A stretch of DNA of 64,000 nucleotides, from NCBI GenBank assembly GCA_951406725.2, contig OX597840.1, positions 14,508,001 to 14,572,000 on the forward strand. Reading direction: 5' to 3'. Under the pieces are notes generated by a model that saw only the letters and a list, made by a program, of their open reading frames with translations, was not told where the DNA came from and made no database searches. Both the position numbers and the translations under genes were made by a program. Positions within the stretch are counted from its first letter, which is position 1; every line of letters starts with the position of its first letter. This DNA comes from Octopus vulgaris. Taxonomy: Eukaryota. This document shows positions 37,615 to 52,159 of this stretch, piece by piece.

Positions 37615-38475
37615 AGGTGCACAGGCTTGGCTATTTGACAAGATGTTTTATTTTAGGGTTGGGATTCCAACCATATTGTTTTGGTCCATACACACTGTCT
37701 GACACTTTGAGCAAATGCCTTCTTCTTCTATAGCCCTGGGCTAACCAAACCCCTGTGAGTGGATTTGGTTGATAGAAACTGAATGAAGCCAGCAAGCTTG
37801 CAGAATCGTTAGCATGCCGGGCGAAATGCGTAGTCGTATTTTGTCTGAGTTCAAATTCCGCCAAGGTCGACTTTGCCTTTCATCCTCTCGGGGTCGATAA
37901 ATTAAGTACCAGTTATGCACTAGAGTGATATAATCGACTTAATCTGTTTGTCCTCTCTGTGTTTAGCCCCTTGTGGGTAGTAAAGAAATAAATATGTATT
38001 TCATCTGCCACTATGTTCTGAGTTAAAATTCCACCAAGATCAACTTTGCCTCTCATTCTTTAGGGGTTGATTAAATAAGTACCAGTTACGCACTGAGATC
38101 GATATTATTGACTTAATCCATTTGTATGTCCTTGTTTGTCCTCTCTGTGTGTAGCCCCTTGTGGGCAGTAAAGAAATAAGAAACTGAATGAAGCCCACCA
38201 TAAATATGTGTTTGTCTGTCTGTATGTATGTGTATTACTATCTTTTTGCCTTGACTTCATGTAATACTTGTAAATGAGTGCCATGGCTGTAGAAGCAGTA
38301 TTAATTTGTTTCAAGTCTTACGTGGAAACATGTGGTTTTGAAGAAATATTATCTTTCTTGAAACATGTGAGGGTTGATGACGGGAAGAACATCCAGCCGT
38401 AGAAAATCTGCTCTAACAAATTTTATCTTACCCATGCTTGCATGGAAAAGTAGACATTGCAACGATTTTGATGAT
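37615..38475 (+). mobile_element. CORE-like SINE with RTE-type 3' tail, interrupted by a dimeric Nin-like SINE (37791-38179)
   Basis: gaaactgaatgaagcc is duplicated either side of the insert. Host ends catccagccgtagaaa...cccatgc...catggaaaag...gatgat. Confidence 0.8.
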
Positions 38476-38529
38476 ACATTCATACATGTATGTACACAAA
38501 CACACACACATACAAAATACCTTGCAGTC

Positions 38530-40520
38530 TCAGGGTCCTCTGCTCCCTTATCTGGTAGTCAATGCGAAAGCTAGTGATAGATGAGTGGTTGGTGAGGACT
38601 GTGCAAGCCATGTACAGAGATGCTGTCAGTAAGGTGAGGTTTTGCTATGAGTATAGCAATGAATTCAGTGTACAGGCAGGAGTTCACCAAGGATCAGTCC
38701 TCAGCTCCCTCTTGTTTATCATAGTCCTCCAGGTCATAACAGAGAAATTGATAATGGGCTGCCCTTGGGAGCTCTTCTATGCTGATGACCTTGTTTTTGT
38801 AGCTGAATTACTGCCAGAACTAGAGAAGAAATTTTGGGTGTGGAAGCAAGTTCTGGAATCAAAGGGCCATACAGTTAATTTAGTAAGGACCAAAGTCATA
38901 GTAAGTAGTAAAACAAATCACAAATCCCTTCAGGGAGATGGCATTGCTTGACATGTAGAGAAGATGTGGGCAGAAGCCCCATAAGATGTGCCTGTGTAAG
39001 CTATGGACACATAAGAGATGCAGTTGTATCATGAGAAGGTTAACTGAGAAAGTAGCCTTTGGGTGTGCAAGATGTGTGCAGGGACAATAAACACTAGGAA
39101 TAGACTTTCTCAAATATCCTGGGTGATCCTCAAAAGTAGTTGATAGCTTCTGTTATCTAGGTGACCAAGTCAGTAATGAAGGAGGATGTTCTGAGAGTGT
39201 AACTATTAGGATAAGAATGGGATGGACAAAGTTCAGAGAGCTTCTGCCTTTGTTGATAGCAAAGGACCTCTCCCTCAGAGTGAAAGGTAGATTGTATGAT
39301 GTCGGCATAGGAACAGTCATACTACATTGCAGTGAAACATGGGTTGTAACGTGTGAAGGCTTGAGAGGAATGAAACTAGAATGCTCTGCTGAATGAGTAA
39401 TTTCAGTGTGCATGTATGATTGAGTGGAAATGATATGAGAGAAAAATTGAGTATAAGAAGCATCAGCTGTAGTGTGCAAGAGAGAAGACTGCACTGGGTA
39501 TGGTTATGCGATGCTTAGGGATGAGGACAGATGCATCAAGAAGTGCCGCTCTCTAATTGTGCAGGGAACCTGTGGAAGGGGAGACCCAAGAAGACGTGGG
39601 ATGAGGTGGTCTTTGTTGACTTTTGGTTATTGAGCCACATAGAGGAGATGACAAGGGATTGAGACTTCTGGTAATTTACTGTTTGAGGAATCACATCAAA
39701 CTAAGTGAAACCATGGCCATCCATACATACATGCATGTCGTTTTCAGCCATGTCCCACCTCACACACACACACATTACTGGACACCTGTCAAATCTTCCA
39801 GCAGACTTCTCCCCTCCCACTCTCCCTTGTGCACCTCACCCACTGCAGGCCCCCTCCACTCTCTCATGTGTCTATCTGCACACTCCATATGCCCTCACAT
39901 ATCTTCTCCTATCCACTTCCTTCCCCAGCCACTCCAATTTCCATCACCATTACTTGCTAGTCATGTCTTCCCCATCCCCAGACATATCCCCCTCACATTC
40001 TCATGGAGCATCCCTCTCTGTCCCCTCTATACTACTTACACCTCACCTGCTATCCCCTGTGGATAGACCCCAATACATCCCTACACCATCAATGTCTCTC
40101 CCCCCTTCTCTCTCTCACTCTGACCTCCCAGCTCCTTTCTCCTTCCCTGTCCTACTAGGGTAGCCAAGTAACTCCTCTATAATGAAATGACCATCTCTGT
40201 TCCCTCTATCATACCCCAACCTCTCCTCCGGCACACAACTACTGCCCTTGGTTATATTCCCTCTCTCAATCAAGAGGCCTTTGTCTTGTAAGTTACTTGG
40301 CGACCCTGCTGGTGCCAGGGCCACATAAAAGGTACCCATAAAAGGCACCTGTGCCAGTGACACATAAAATGCACCCAATACAATTTGTAGAGTGGTTGGC
40401 ATTAAGAAGAAACCAAGCCAAATCAGACATATGGAGCCTGGTGAAGCTCTCCACTTTACCAGCTCTGGTCAATCCCTCTAACTCATGCCATCATGGAAAA
40501 CAGATGTTAGATGATGAGGA
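38530..40520 (+). mobile_element. 5'-truncated, decayed RTE LINE
   Basis: RT motifs GVHQGSVLS and FYADDL in ORF 38562-38951, frameshifted continuation, 3' UTR motifs at 40270-40520. Confidence 0.92.
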
Positions 40521-41841
40521 TCAGATCATCACTGACGACATCCTGTGCATGTGATGAGTTGAGAGGGTGGAGTTCAGCCCCCACGCTCTCCTACCTTATC
40601 ATTCTCCAGTTTATCAAATAAAAGACGTATTTCTGCTGTTTAGAACAGTAAACTGCACCTCCCTTTAATACCTGTTGGCAGAAAGGGGTACCTGAGTTAC
40701 ATAATGTTGAATGTTTCAATGATGAGCAAGAAGTAATCTAATTCATTGCCAAAAAGCAGTTTGGGATTAAACCAGGATTCACTGAAGAAGTTTAATAAGA
40801 TAGGAACATAGTTTTTACCAGGAATTGAACCCACATCCCAGACTTGGTTTACTCCTCATTGCTTGTACAATCTTTCTGTACAGTACCACTTCGCTATGAG
40901 ATGGTCACCTGTGGGTGTAGTCACTAGCTTTGATCTTTGATCAAGGGACACTGTTTTACCCTAGTCATCAAGAGTTGGACTAATTAATACTCAGGTATTA
41001 CTTCTTAGTCTTGTACCTGAATCTTATTCCCAACTCACCACCTTTGGATAAGACAAGGTGAAGGTTGAATATTTATTTAAACTTGCAAAATTATATATTC
41101 AAAGATGGGATTTGATATTTTATATACTCAGATGTAATGTATATATATGAGCACGCATATATAATGTGCATGCATGTATACATACATGTATATATATATG
41201 TGTGTGTATGTATATATGTATATATATATGTATATATGCATATATATTTATATATATGTATATATATCTATGTATATATATATATATGTATGTATGTGTG
41301 TGTGTGTATATATATATGCACACACACACATACATACATAGATTCATTTATATATACATATGCATATATTTATACACACACACATATATAATGTGTGTGT
41401 GTGTGTATTTATATATAATGTGTATGTATAATGCTCATCTATATTTAGGCAAATAGTTTAAAAACTTTCATATATTATGGATAGATATTGGAATAAAATC
41501 AACGTCAGCTATCAGATCATATATACATCAGGAATTAGATTGAAAACACATGAGAAATATACAAATATATGATTTTTCATTGAATGTATTTAAATAAAAA
41601 TATATTTTATGGCTTATATACAATTATGCGCATAAATATAATTTATATATATGCATGTATGTATATTAACATGCATAGATATCAGATTAGATATAAATTT
41701 GGAAATATCATTTCTATCATTTTATATTTTTATTTTCAGTTCATTCTTGGCCCCAAGCCATACTGGAGAATTGGCTTTGATAGTTTTGAGTTGAATATAT
41801 CAGTTCTTACCACTTTATCTGGTCATTATTTTCCTGATATT

Positions 41842-42247
41842 AAGGCAGTGAACTGGCAGAATTGTTGGCATGCTTGGGTGAAATGCGTAGCCGTATTTCG
41901 TCTGCCGTTACGTTCAGGGTTCAAATTCCGCTGAGGTCAACTTTGCCTTTCATCCTTTCGCAGTCGATAAATTAAGTACCAGTTACGCACTGGGGTCGAT
42001 GTAATCGACTTAATCCATTTGTCTGTCCTTGTTTGCCCTCTCTGTGTTTAGCCCCTTGTGGGTAGTAAAGAAATAGGTATTTGGCCTGCCGCTACATTCT
42101 GCGATCAAATTCCACCGAGGTCGACTTTGCCTTTCATCCTTTTGGGGTCGATAAATCAAGTACTAGTTATGCTCTGAGGTCGATCTAATCCACTTACCCC
42201 CTCCCTCCACGTCTGCAGGCCTTGTGACTATAATAGAAAGGATTATT
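41842..42247 (+). mobile_element. dimeric Nin-like SINE
   Basis: Head followed by two gtc(g/a)actttgcctttcatcc units. Confidence 0.85.
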
Positions 42248-42869
42248 TTGATGATTTCTTTTGCGAGAAATTGCTAAGTCAATCCTGGCCTGAAGCAATG
42301 TAACTGTGACACACACACACATGCATGCACACACACACACCCACACATATTTGTGTTTAATATTTGTCTTTTTGTATTCATGAAGTCTCAGGTTCAATAC
42401 CACTCTACAGCATCTAGCAAAACTAAATTTTGCCCTGATGATAGCCTAAGGTTTGTGGATAAAATTGCACTCATGGAAATTGTGTGGAAGCCTTGTTACA
42501 CCATATCACATTGTTTCTACTTGAGAGTTACATGAAAAGTATGCATACATCTGTGGAATACCCAGCCATGTCCTTTTGTTTAACATCCATTATCTATTTA
42601 TAAATGCATAATGTGTTTGTTATCAGATTTGAAAATTTAGAGTAATAAGCTGAAATGATAAAATATATACACAAGCAAATTAAAACACTCAAAGGTTGTT
42701 ATATTTAATATATATACACACAACTGAAAATATATAGTTATTAAATTTTTTGATAGCTCAGAAAATACACAATAATATATTCTAATAATAGATGCATAAA
42801 ACAAAGAGGAAATAATCGATGTATAAATGGAGAGGATGCACACGTATATATGTGTGTGTATGTGTATGC

Positions 42870-42939
<70 letters not shown>

Positions 42940-43067
42940 ATATATATATGAATATATGTATATATATATACATAGGTACATATATATGTATATATGTATG
43001 TATATATATATATAGATAAATAGATAGATAGGCAGACAGACAGACAGATAGATGTACATATATATGA

Positions 43068-43102
<35 letters not shown>

Positions 43103-43168
43103 TGTATGTTTATAAATATATATATGAATATATGCATAGGTATATACATATATACATAAATATGATTT

Positions 43169-43199
<31 letters not shown>

Positions 43200-43216
43200 A
43201 TATATGTACATATCTA

Positions 43217-43264
<48 letters not shown>

Positions 43265-43841
43265 TATACATCTATATATATGTGTATATATATGCATATA
43301 TGTGTGTGTGTATATATATATATATGGTATTTTGTATTTAATGGAGAAAGGAGGAAATGTAATAAAATTAATCAATAAAAACTAATGAAGGAATCGAGAT
43401 AAAGGAAAATTTGAAAACTGTTTGCAATGTAAATGGATGAAAAGTGAGGAGGGTTTATGATGGATAAAGGGGGGTGGGTGTGGGTGAAGGAAGAATGATT
43501 AAGGGGACTGACGTTGGTGGGTGGGGTGGGGTTATGGCGAGGGAACATAAACATCAGGTTTTTATAGATTTCATAAAGTTTGACAAGATAATTGTATTTG
43601 TACTGCCTATTGATATTGGGTACACAGATGCATGTGGGCGGGTGGGATACATACACACTTACATACATGCATATATACACAAACATATATATATATATAT
43701 ATACAGAGAGAGAGAGAGGGGAAGAGAGAGACACACATACACATGTATCCATGTTTGGATGTGTGTGTATGTGAGTGTGTGGTATTTATATATTTGCACA
43801 TGCACACATGCATATGCACACTCCCACTCATGTATGTGCAA

Positions 43842-43900
<59 letters not shown>

Positions 43901-43979
43901 CATATGTATATATATATATATACATATGTATATATATATATATATATATACATATATACATATATATATACATATATAC

Positions 43980-44030
<51 letters not shown>

Positions 44031-44086
44031 TCTATATGTATATATATATATATATATATACATATATACATATATATACATATATC

Positions 44087-44132
<46 letters not shown>

Positions 44133-44313
44133 TATATACATATATACATATATATATACATATATACATATATATATATATATAATATATATATACATAT
44201 ATCTATATATATATATATACATATATATATACATATATCTATATGTATATATATATATATATATATACATATATACATATATATATACATATATACATAT
44301 ATATATACATATA

Positions 44314-44365
<52 letters not shown>

Positions 44366-44390
<25 letters not shown>

Positions 44391-45008
44391 GGAGAATAAA
44401 TATATGACAAATGTTTATAAATGTATATATATATATATATATATATATGTATGCATATTTGTGTTTTTGTGTTTGTTTATTTTCTTTAGAAATTGCAAGA
44501 TACAAGTGTCAATGGTGGTGGTGGTGGGGTGGTGTTATTTCCTCTGACAACAAATCCTCCTCTACTTCCTACATTTGAAGATGTGTAAAATGAGAGACCC
44601 TTACTTAAAATTAATAAGGTTTAGTAGCAATGAGGGTATTCTGCTGTAAAACAATAGCTGTCAGGAAGTCACCAAACTCATGCTAGTATGGAAAAATGGA
44701 CATAAAACAAATGGAAGGTCATCCAAAGATGAATTGTGACAAAGGTTTGATAGAAGATTTTAATTCAGAACTTTTGGAAACAAGACATTTGTACTACAGA
44801 GTCAGAGGCTGTTTCAGCTGGGTTGGTATCAAAAGGGTTAAGAATTGTTTCTCTATTATGTATTTTAACCCTTTTGTTATCATATTTCTGTTGAGATGCA
44901 CTGTGTTTTTTTCAATTAATTTTAAATATAACAAAGAATTTATTTCAATAACTTGGTTATCATTAAGCTAGTGTTAGGAACATAAATTGTGTCTAAAGTG
45001 GAAGATTT

Positions 45009-45050
<42 letters not shown>

Positions 45051-45675
45051 GAGAATAAATAGCATGACAAATGTTTAGATAAATGTATATATATATATAT
45101 ATATATATGCATGTATGCATATTTGTGTTTTTGTGTTTGTTTATTTTCTTTAGAAATTGCAAGATACAAGTGTCAATGGTGGTGGTGGTGGGGTGGTGTT
45201 ATTTCCTCTGACAACAAATCCTCCTCTACTTCCTACATTTGAAGATGTGTAAAATGAGAGACCCCTTACTTAAAATTAATAAGGTTTAGTAGCAATGAGG
45301 GTATTCTGCTGTAAAACAATAGCTGTCAGGAAGTCACCAAACTCATGCTAGTATGGAAAAATGGACATAAAACAAATGGAAGGTCATCCAAAGATGAATT
45401 GTGACAAAGGTTTGATAGAAGATTTTAATTCAGAACTTTTGGAAACAAGACATTTGTACTACAGAGTCAGAGGCTGTTTCAGCTGGGTTGGTATCAAAAG
45501 GGTTAAGAATTGTTTCTCTATTATGTATTTTAACCCTTTTGTTATCATATTTCTGTTGAGATGCACTGTGTTTTTTTCAATTAATTTTAAATATAACAAA
45601 GAATTTATTTCAATAACTTGGTTATCATTAAGCTAGTGTTAGGAACATAAATTGTGTCTAAAGTGGAAGATTTTA
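44366..45675. repeat. ~665-bp near-identical tandem duplication
   Basis: Identical 91-aa ORFs at 44696 and 45361 (offset 665); visible differences only near the microsatellite end. Confidence 0.92.
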
Positions 45676-46341
45676 ATTCAGAACTTATGAAATCAAGATA
45701 TTTGTACCTCAGAGCCAGAGGTAGTTTCAGCCAGGTTGATTGGCTGGGAGCTGGCAGAATACTTACGGCATGAGGCAGAATGCTTAGTGGCATTTCATCT
45801 GTTTTTTATGTTCTAAGTTCCAATTCTGTCAAGATTGACTTTGCCTTTTATCCTTCTGAGATCAATAAAATAGGTACCAGCTGAATACTGGGGTTGGTTT
45901 GATCAACTTACCTCCTTTCCCTGAACTTGCTGGCCTTGTGCCAAAATTTGAAATCAATATTGAGCAGTTTTGAAGCAACATCTATGAAAGTTAGTTTGCT
46001 GTTTTTTTCAGGTCTTCTGAGGAAATAAATTCCTGTCACCAACATATTTCCTCAATAAAATGGTCTCCCTCGCTGCACAGACAAAAACAAACACAAATAA
46101 TGTTTCATCAAAACCCTATGAAGATTATCTTTTATCTTTTACTTGTTTCAATCATTAGACTGTGGCCATGCTGAGGCACCACCTTGAAGAATTTTTAGTT
46201 GAACAATTCAACCCCAGTACTTATTTTGAGCCTGGTACTTACTGAATCAGTCTCTTTTTCCAGATGGCTAAGTTATAGGGATGACAACACACCAACACTG
46301 GCTGTCAAGTGGTGGTGGGGTACAAATACAGACACAAAGAT

Positions 46342-46374
<33 letters not shown>

Positions 46375-46869
46375 CATATAGGTGCAGGAGTGGCTGTATG
46401 GTAAGTAGCTTGCTTACCAGCCACATGGTTTTGGGGGTTCAGTCCCACTGTTACAGCCAAAAATAATCTAAACTGAATGGAAGGCTTAAGAGGAGGGAAC
46501 ATCCTTTGGAATAATTAGGGGTGAAGGGTTAGATTAGATGATAAATTCAAAGAGAGATTTAATGAGATTTAGTGGGATTTGAACTCAGACTGCAACGAAC
46601 CAAAGCAGTTTCCTGAAAAAATTTGTCCACTTTCCTGATTTTTACCAATTCAGGGAAAATGAAAGGTGAAGTCACCTGTTGTTTACTTTGAACTTTGAAT
46701 GAAAGGATGGAACTAAATACTGTTTGTGGAGTCTTCTATTATAAGAACTACATTCACATGTAGGATCCTTCATAGGAGAGTACACTGCCCCCATTGTTTG
46801 ACTGGTATTTTATTGTCTACTAAATGAAGGAAGGTAAAGTTGATGTCGGTCTCCTATTGTAAATTTATT

Positions 46870-47182
46870 CAATGCCACCTTGACTGGCGTCTTTGCCAGT
46901 GGGCTGATGCCAGCGTCACCTTGACCTGCGTCCATGCTGGTGGCACGTAAACATCACCAACCGATCGTGGCCGTTGCCGGCCTCCTGGCCCCTGTGCTGG
47001 TGGCACATAAAAAGCACCCACTACACTCACGGAGTGGTTGGCATTAGGAAGAGCATCCAGCTGTAGAAACACTGCCAAATCAGACTGGAGCCTGGTGCAG
47101 CCTCCTGGCTTCCCAGACCCCGGTCGAACCGTCCAACCCATGCTAGCATGGAAAATGGATTTTAGACGATGACGATGACGAG
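46870..47182 (+). mobile_element. RTE LINE 3' end
   Basis: gcacccactacactc...catccagctgtagaaac...cccatgctagcatggaaaa followed by GAT/GAC tail. Confidence 0.85.
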
Positions 47183-47204
47183 GATTACTTTATAGAAATA
47201 TTCT

Positions 47205-47410
47205 TTTTCTACTCTAGGTACAAGGCCTGAAATTGTGGGGGAGGGGGGCAGTTGATTAGATTGACCCCAGTATGCAACTGGTACTTAATTTATCGATTCT
47301 GAAAGGATGAAAGGCAAAGTTGATCTCGGTGGGATTTGAACTCAGAACGCAAAGACAGACGAAACATCACTAAGCCTGGTGTGCTAATGATTCTGCCAGC
47401 TTGCCACCTT
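47205..47410 (-). mobile_element. Nin-like SINE
   Basis: Same motifs as the 15.2-16.8 kb copies. Confidence 0.8.
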
Positions 47411-47574
47411 AGAAATATGAACTCAGCGCTAGTACTTGACTTGTACTTTATTTCATCGACTTCAAATAGGTGACAGACAAAATTAGCGTATAACATTTAC
47501 ATGTCTATACTTTGCATTTGTATGTAATGTGCACCACTAGCTGCGGTATCTGCCATGAAAAATATCTTCACTCT

Positions 47575-47968
47575 TTTACTTGTTTCAGTCATTTGACTGA
47601 AACAAGTTAGTCAAGCAAATCAACCCCAGGACTTATTCTTTGTAGGCCTAGTACTTATTCTATCGGTCTCTTTTTGCCGAACCGCTAAGTTATGGGGAAG
47701 TAAACACACCACCATTGGTTCTCAAGCGATGTTGGTGGGACAAACACAGACACACAAACTTATACATACACACACATGCATATATATATATATACACATA
47801 TATACAACAGGCTTCTTTCAGTTTCTGTCTACCAAATCCACTCACAGGGCTTTCATCAGCCTGAGGCTATATTAGAAGACAATTGCCCAAGGTGCCATGC
47901 CGTGGGACTGAACCCAGAACAATGTGGTTGGTAAGCAAGCTACTTACCACACAGCCACACTTGCGCCT
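47575..47968 (-). mobile_element. CORE-like SINE (family B)
   Basis: Reverse complement of 16977-17380. Confidence 0.88.
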
Positions 47969-48945
47969 ATGTAAAATATGCATTGACTTTTCTTTAGTGT
48001 TACTATGTTAGGGAAAAGAAGTGTTTAGCCAGGTTTATTATAATTGTTATATAAAATATACTAAACAAGTTCACATCTCCTACACAAAACAAGGAAACAA
48101 ATTCAAAAGTGACTTTGAACTTTACTGAAGTTGTAAAAGTGCCAACTGTAAAGTTATTAATGTAAAAACCACATGATCATGGTTTTTTTTTTTCCCTCTA
48201 TAAAATCAATTTCAGTTTGATAGTGACAATGTATTTTAATGAATTTTTCCACAGTTTTACCGTTCACTTTGTACAGTGATCTACACATGGTTGTACTTTC
48301 CTGTTTTGAGATATTCTTCACATTTTTGTTTTAAGCATGAGTCATTCATGATCTTGGAAAATTTTTTTAATTAAAGAACAGTTTTTAATCAGAAGCTTAA
48401 TAAATGCAGACACAACATTTAAAATTTTCATGAAGTGATAAAAATATTTGAAACACTTCAGTGTTTCCTGTGTAATTCCATGTGACATTTATGGTGTGTC
48501 TTTTAGTTTATTTTTAGTGGGGATTTCTGCTTGGTGAACAAGAAAGAAATCTGTGTTTTGTTGCTTATCAATGTCAGTTTTATTGTTTGATAACTTCAGA
48601 TCAACAATTTAGAGCAAAACTTTGCTGCTTTTAGTTGTACATTGACTGATAGGGTTTCTGATGTGGGAATATGTATATAAACACGTCACAACCATTTCAT
48701 ATATCAACTCTACCATAGGAACATGTAACAATTCTTTTACTCATTGTTATATGTCAGTTAATGTTGGCTATATCTTAACACAGGTTAGTACTTATTCTAT
48801 CAATATCTGTAGCTGAATAAGTCTTGGGGTCGATTTGTTTGACTAGCATGTTTGACCATTTGTTGACGATTTGTTTGACCAGCAGTCAAATAATTGAAAT
48901 AACTGTGGTCAAAATGGCCACAGTCAAATAACTGAAACAAGTAAA

Positions 48946-48982
<37 letters not shown>

Positions 48983-48985
<3 letters not shown>

Positions 48986-49549
48986 TTGCGTCGGAAATTA
49001 ATTAGCACTTCTCAAATTTCTACATTTTCTTACATTTTCTTAATTTAATTAACTTATTATCAGAAACGAACTCGTTTTTAATCAAAAATTTATTAAAACA
49101 TATCCCAGCACACCACATAATTGTTATTAATCGTGAAATTTAGTCAATATCTTGTTGCTCCTCCTTTGGCAGCAATGACAGCTTTTACGCGGGTCGGCAT
49201 GCTGTCTATGAGTGCCTGCAGGTACTGTGCAGGGATAGCCCCCCATGCAGCAAGAAGTGCCCCAAACAGCTCGTGTCGGTTCCTATATTGCTGCACATTC
49301 AAATCCCTACCCAATCGACTCCAGAGGTTCTCAATAGGGTTCAGGTTAGGTGACTGGCCAGCACGTACTCTTCGCCACCAAAGAGGTATCCCGTACTATC
49401 TCAACGTACTTTGCTGCGTTGATGTTGCCTTCGACGGCATAGAGCCGCCCAACACCACTGTAGCTGAACGCCCCTCACACCATCAGACCACACCCACCAT
49501 GCTTCATGGTGAGCAAATCAAGGGTGCTAATTAATTTCTGACGGTAGTG
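48983..49549 (-). mobile_element. internally deleted Tc1-like DNA transposon, inserted in (TA)n
   Basis: TIRs CACTTGCGTCGGAAATTAATTAGCAC / GTGCTAATTAATTTCTGACGGTAGTG. Minus-strand transposase remnants KHGGCGLMV*GAFS, SPNLNPIENLW and LIDSMPTRVKAVIAAKGGATRY*. Confidence 0.93.
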
Positions 49550-49826
49550 TATGTATATATATATATATATACCAATGCCTTAGGGTTTCCCAATATGTGG
49601 CCATATTGTCTAAGAGAGCTTTTGGTACTGTGTTTGTGGTGGGGCTCCAATAATTACATGTACAGTTGTTGTTCCTAGGGGCCACATTTTTGAGACTGTT
49701 TCAACGTCTTAATATTTGCTTCCCAGAAGTCTTAAGGTCAGCTGGAATTCATGTTTTTATGAGTAAAAATGTTTTGTTAAAGTGATTATTTACCACTATA
49801 TCTGCCCTATTGACCTGTACGGCATA

Positions 49827-49859
<33 letters not shown>

Positions 49860-50164
49860 ATATTTCTTCGACTCATAATGAAAAAGCGAATTTCAACCTC
49901 TCAAGCTGTGTATACAAAATTGAAATTAAAATATTTATGACTTCCAACAAATGTAAAAAAAATTTTTAAAGCATCATACTGTCGTAATTACATGAGAAAA
50001 GTTAAGCAGGATTCAAATTGGTCTTAACGTTGAAACAGACAGCATGCTAGAAATAGCAGTCAGCCACATTCAAATCATACATTCTAGCTTTAGAAAACAA
50101 AGCCTGCTATGAATAACGTAGTCCTAGATAACTATATCCATAAAGCAAAGATATATATATATAC

Positions 50165-50617
50165 AGGTGCAGGTATGGCTGTGTGGTAAAAAGCTTGCTT
50201 CTCAATTACATGGTTCTGTGTTCAGTTCTTCTCTGTGGCATCTTAAGCAGGTATCTTCTACTATAGCTTCAGGCTGACCAAAGCTTTGTAAGTAACTTTG
50301 ATTGACAGAAACTGAAAGAAGCCCATGGTGTGTGTGTGTATATACATATATACACATGTGTTTTTATTAATGTATATGTTTGCGTGTCTGTGTTTGTCGC
50401 TGGACAACCGATGTTGGCATATTTATGCCCCTGTAACTTAGTGGTTCGGCTAAAGATATTGATAGAATAAGTACTAGGCTTACAAAGAATAAGTCTTGGG
50501 GTCAATTTGTTTGACTAGCATGTTTGACCATTTGTTGACAATTTGTTTGACCAGCAGTCAAATAATTGAAATAACTGTGGTCAAAATGGCCACAGTCAAA
50601 TAACTGAAACAGGTAAA
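50165..50617 (+). mobile_element. CORE-like SINE (family B) with rearranged tail
   Basis: Typical head and body; tail has extra tgtttgacc / cagtcaaata sub-repeats. Confidence 0.82.
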
Positions 50618-50659
50618 GTATACATATATATCACTGTAACCATATATATATATATATCA

Positions 50660-50957
50660 CCATGACCACCATGTCTGATCAGGATATCAGATGCTGCTAC
50701 ACATCGCTGGTCACAATGCGCTTCACATTGTTTTAGCCTTAAAATGATGCCACCTTGCTGGGTACGCGAGCAGGCCAACAGAAGAAAGAGTGAGAGAAAG
50801 TTGTAGGGAAAGAGTACAGCAGGGTTCGCCCCCATCCCTGCCAGAGCCACATGGAGCTTTAGGTGTTTTCACTCAATAAACACTTACAACGCCCGCTCTG
50901 GGAATCGAAACATGATTCTACGACCACGAATCTGCTGCCCTAACCATTGGGCCTCCA
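50660..50957 (-). mobile_element. tRNA SINE family A (tail type 1)
   Basis: Homologous to 165-466. Confidence 0.85.
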
Positions 50958-51606
50958 TATATATATATATAAATGAAAGATCCAAGGATGGAGGTGTAGG
51001 AAAAAAGTGATACACACACATACATACACACATATATATGTATAGGCTGGTCATAACTGGATTGTCTTTAATCATCACTTTCATGGGTGTTGCGTTGAGC
51101 AGGTGCTAGACAACAACAAAAACAACAATAGCAACACGAAAAGTTAACAAGGAGAGCTCTATGTAGATGCCTGATTAGCTAGAAAGTGCAGCCAATTCAT
51201 ACACTCACTGGATCATGTGGTACCTATATGTGAAGATATAAATAGGTATGGTAATGAATGACACTTTTGATTATAGTTCTATTGCCCTGAGATAAATAAA
51301 AATAACAATTGTTTACTAGTGGCCATTGAGACCCAACTCGGGTCATTAAATTTTAGACATGGTTAGCTTCCACCCAGTTTCCACTCAAGAGGGGTTGCCC
51401 TAACAGAGGTCATGGTAAACAGGGGCATGAGATGAAGCACAGAACCACATTATCCAGTGTTATTTTTATTAAGAGAGTAGTGAATCTAAAGGGGAGTCTG
51501 GATGTTATTTCTTGCAAGTCAAAAGCCCACATAAAGACTTCTTCTTTGGTTTGTATATGTTGAAGTTAAAAGTTAAAAGACAGCCGCAGACACTGTGATC
51601 GTTTAA

Positions 51607-52007
51607 ACCTTTAACATTCAGATTACTCTATCATATATATTGCTTATTTCTTCACATTGTTTCAAATTAATTATTCATTATCTTGTAGCTTTGAGATTTT
51701 GATAACATCATTGTTTATTTTTAGAATAAAATTGTAGGATAGAATATTTTAGTCAGATATGATTGGTTTAACCCTTTCGTTACTGTATTTATTTTGAGCT
51801 GCTCTGTGTTTCTATCAATTAATTTTAAATAAAACATAGAATTTAGTAAAATAACTTATTTATCATTAAGCTAGTGTTAGGAACATAAATTGTGACTAAG
51901 GTTTGGTGGAAGATTTTAATTCAAAACTTATGAAAACCAGACATTTGTACTCAGAGTCAGAACCGGTTTCAGCCAGGTTGGTAACAAAATGGTTAAGTGC
52001 TAAAGGG
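51607..52007. mobile_element. TTAA-flanked piggyBac-type MITE with a second such MITE (51772-51992) nested inside
   Basis: Outer ttaa|acctttaacat...gtgctaaaggg|ttaa; inner ttaa|ccctttcgttac...gtaacaaaatgg|ttaa. Inner family also at 44730-45010 and 45400-45740. Confidence 0.78.
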
Positions 52008-52159
52008 TTAATATCAAAATTTTTAACATAAACTGGATTATCCACTGGATTAAATTCATCCTATGTTTTAAAGACAAAGTGGAAATCAGTTTTTAGATTT
52101 AATAATTAATATTATCACTTTTAGTTTTTGTATATGCAATGCACAACTTGCCTGCTTGA

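Noticed and set aside
42435-42470. CTGATGA as a hammerhead core
   Set aside because: Lies in a decayed family B SINE segment with no GAAA geometry.
43474-44547. 357-aa and other [12 protein letters not shown] ORFs throughout the window
   Set aside because: Translations of TA/TG/CA microsatellites, which lack stop codons.
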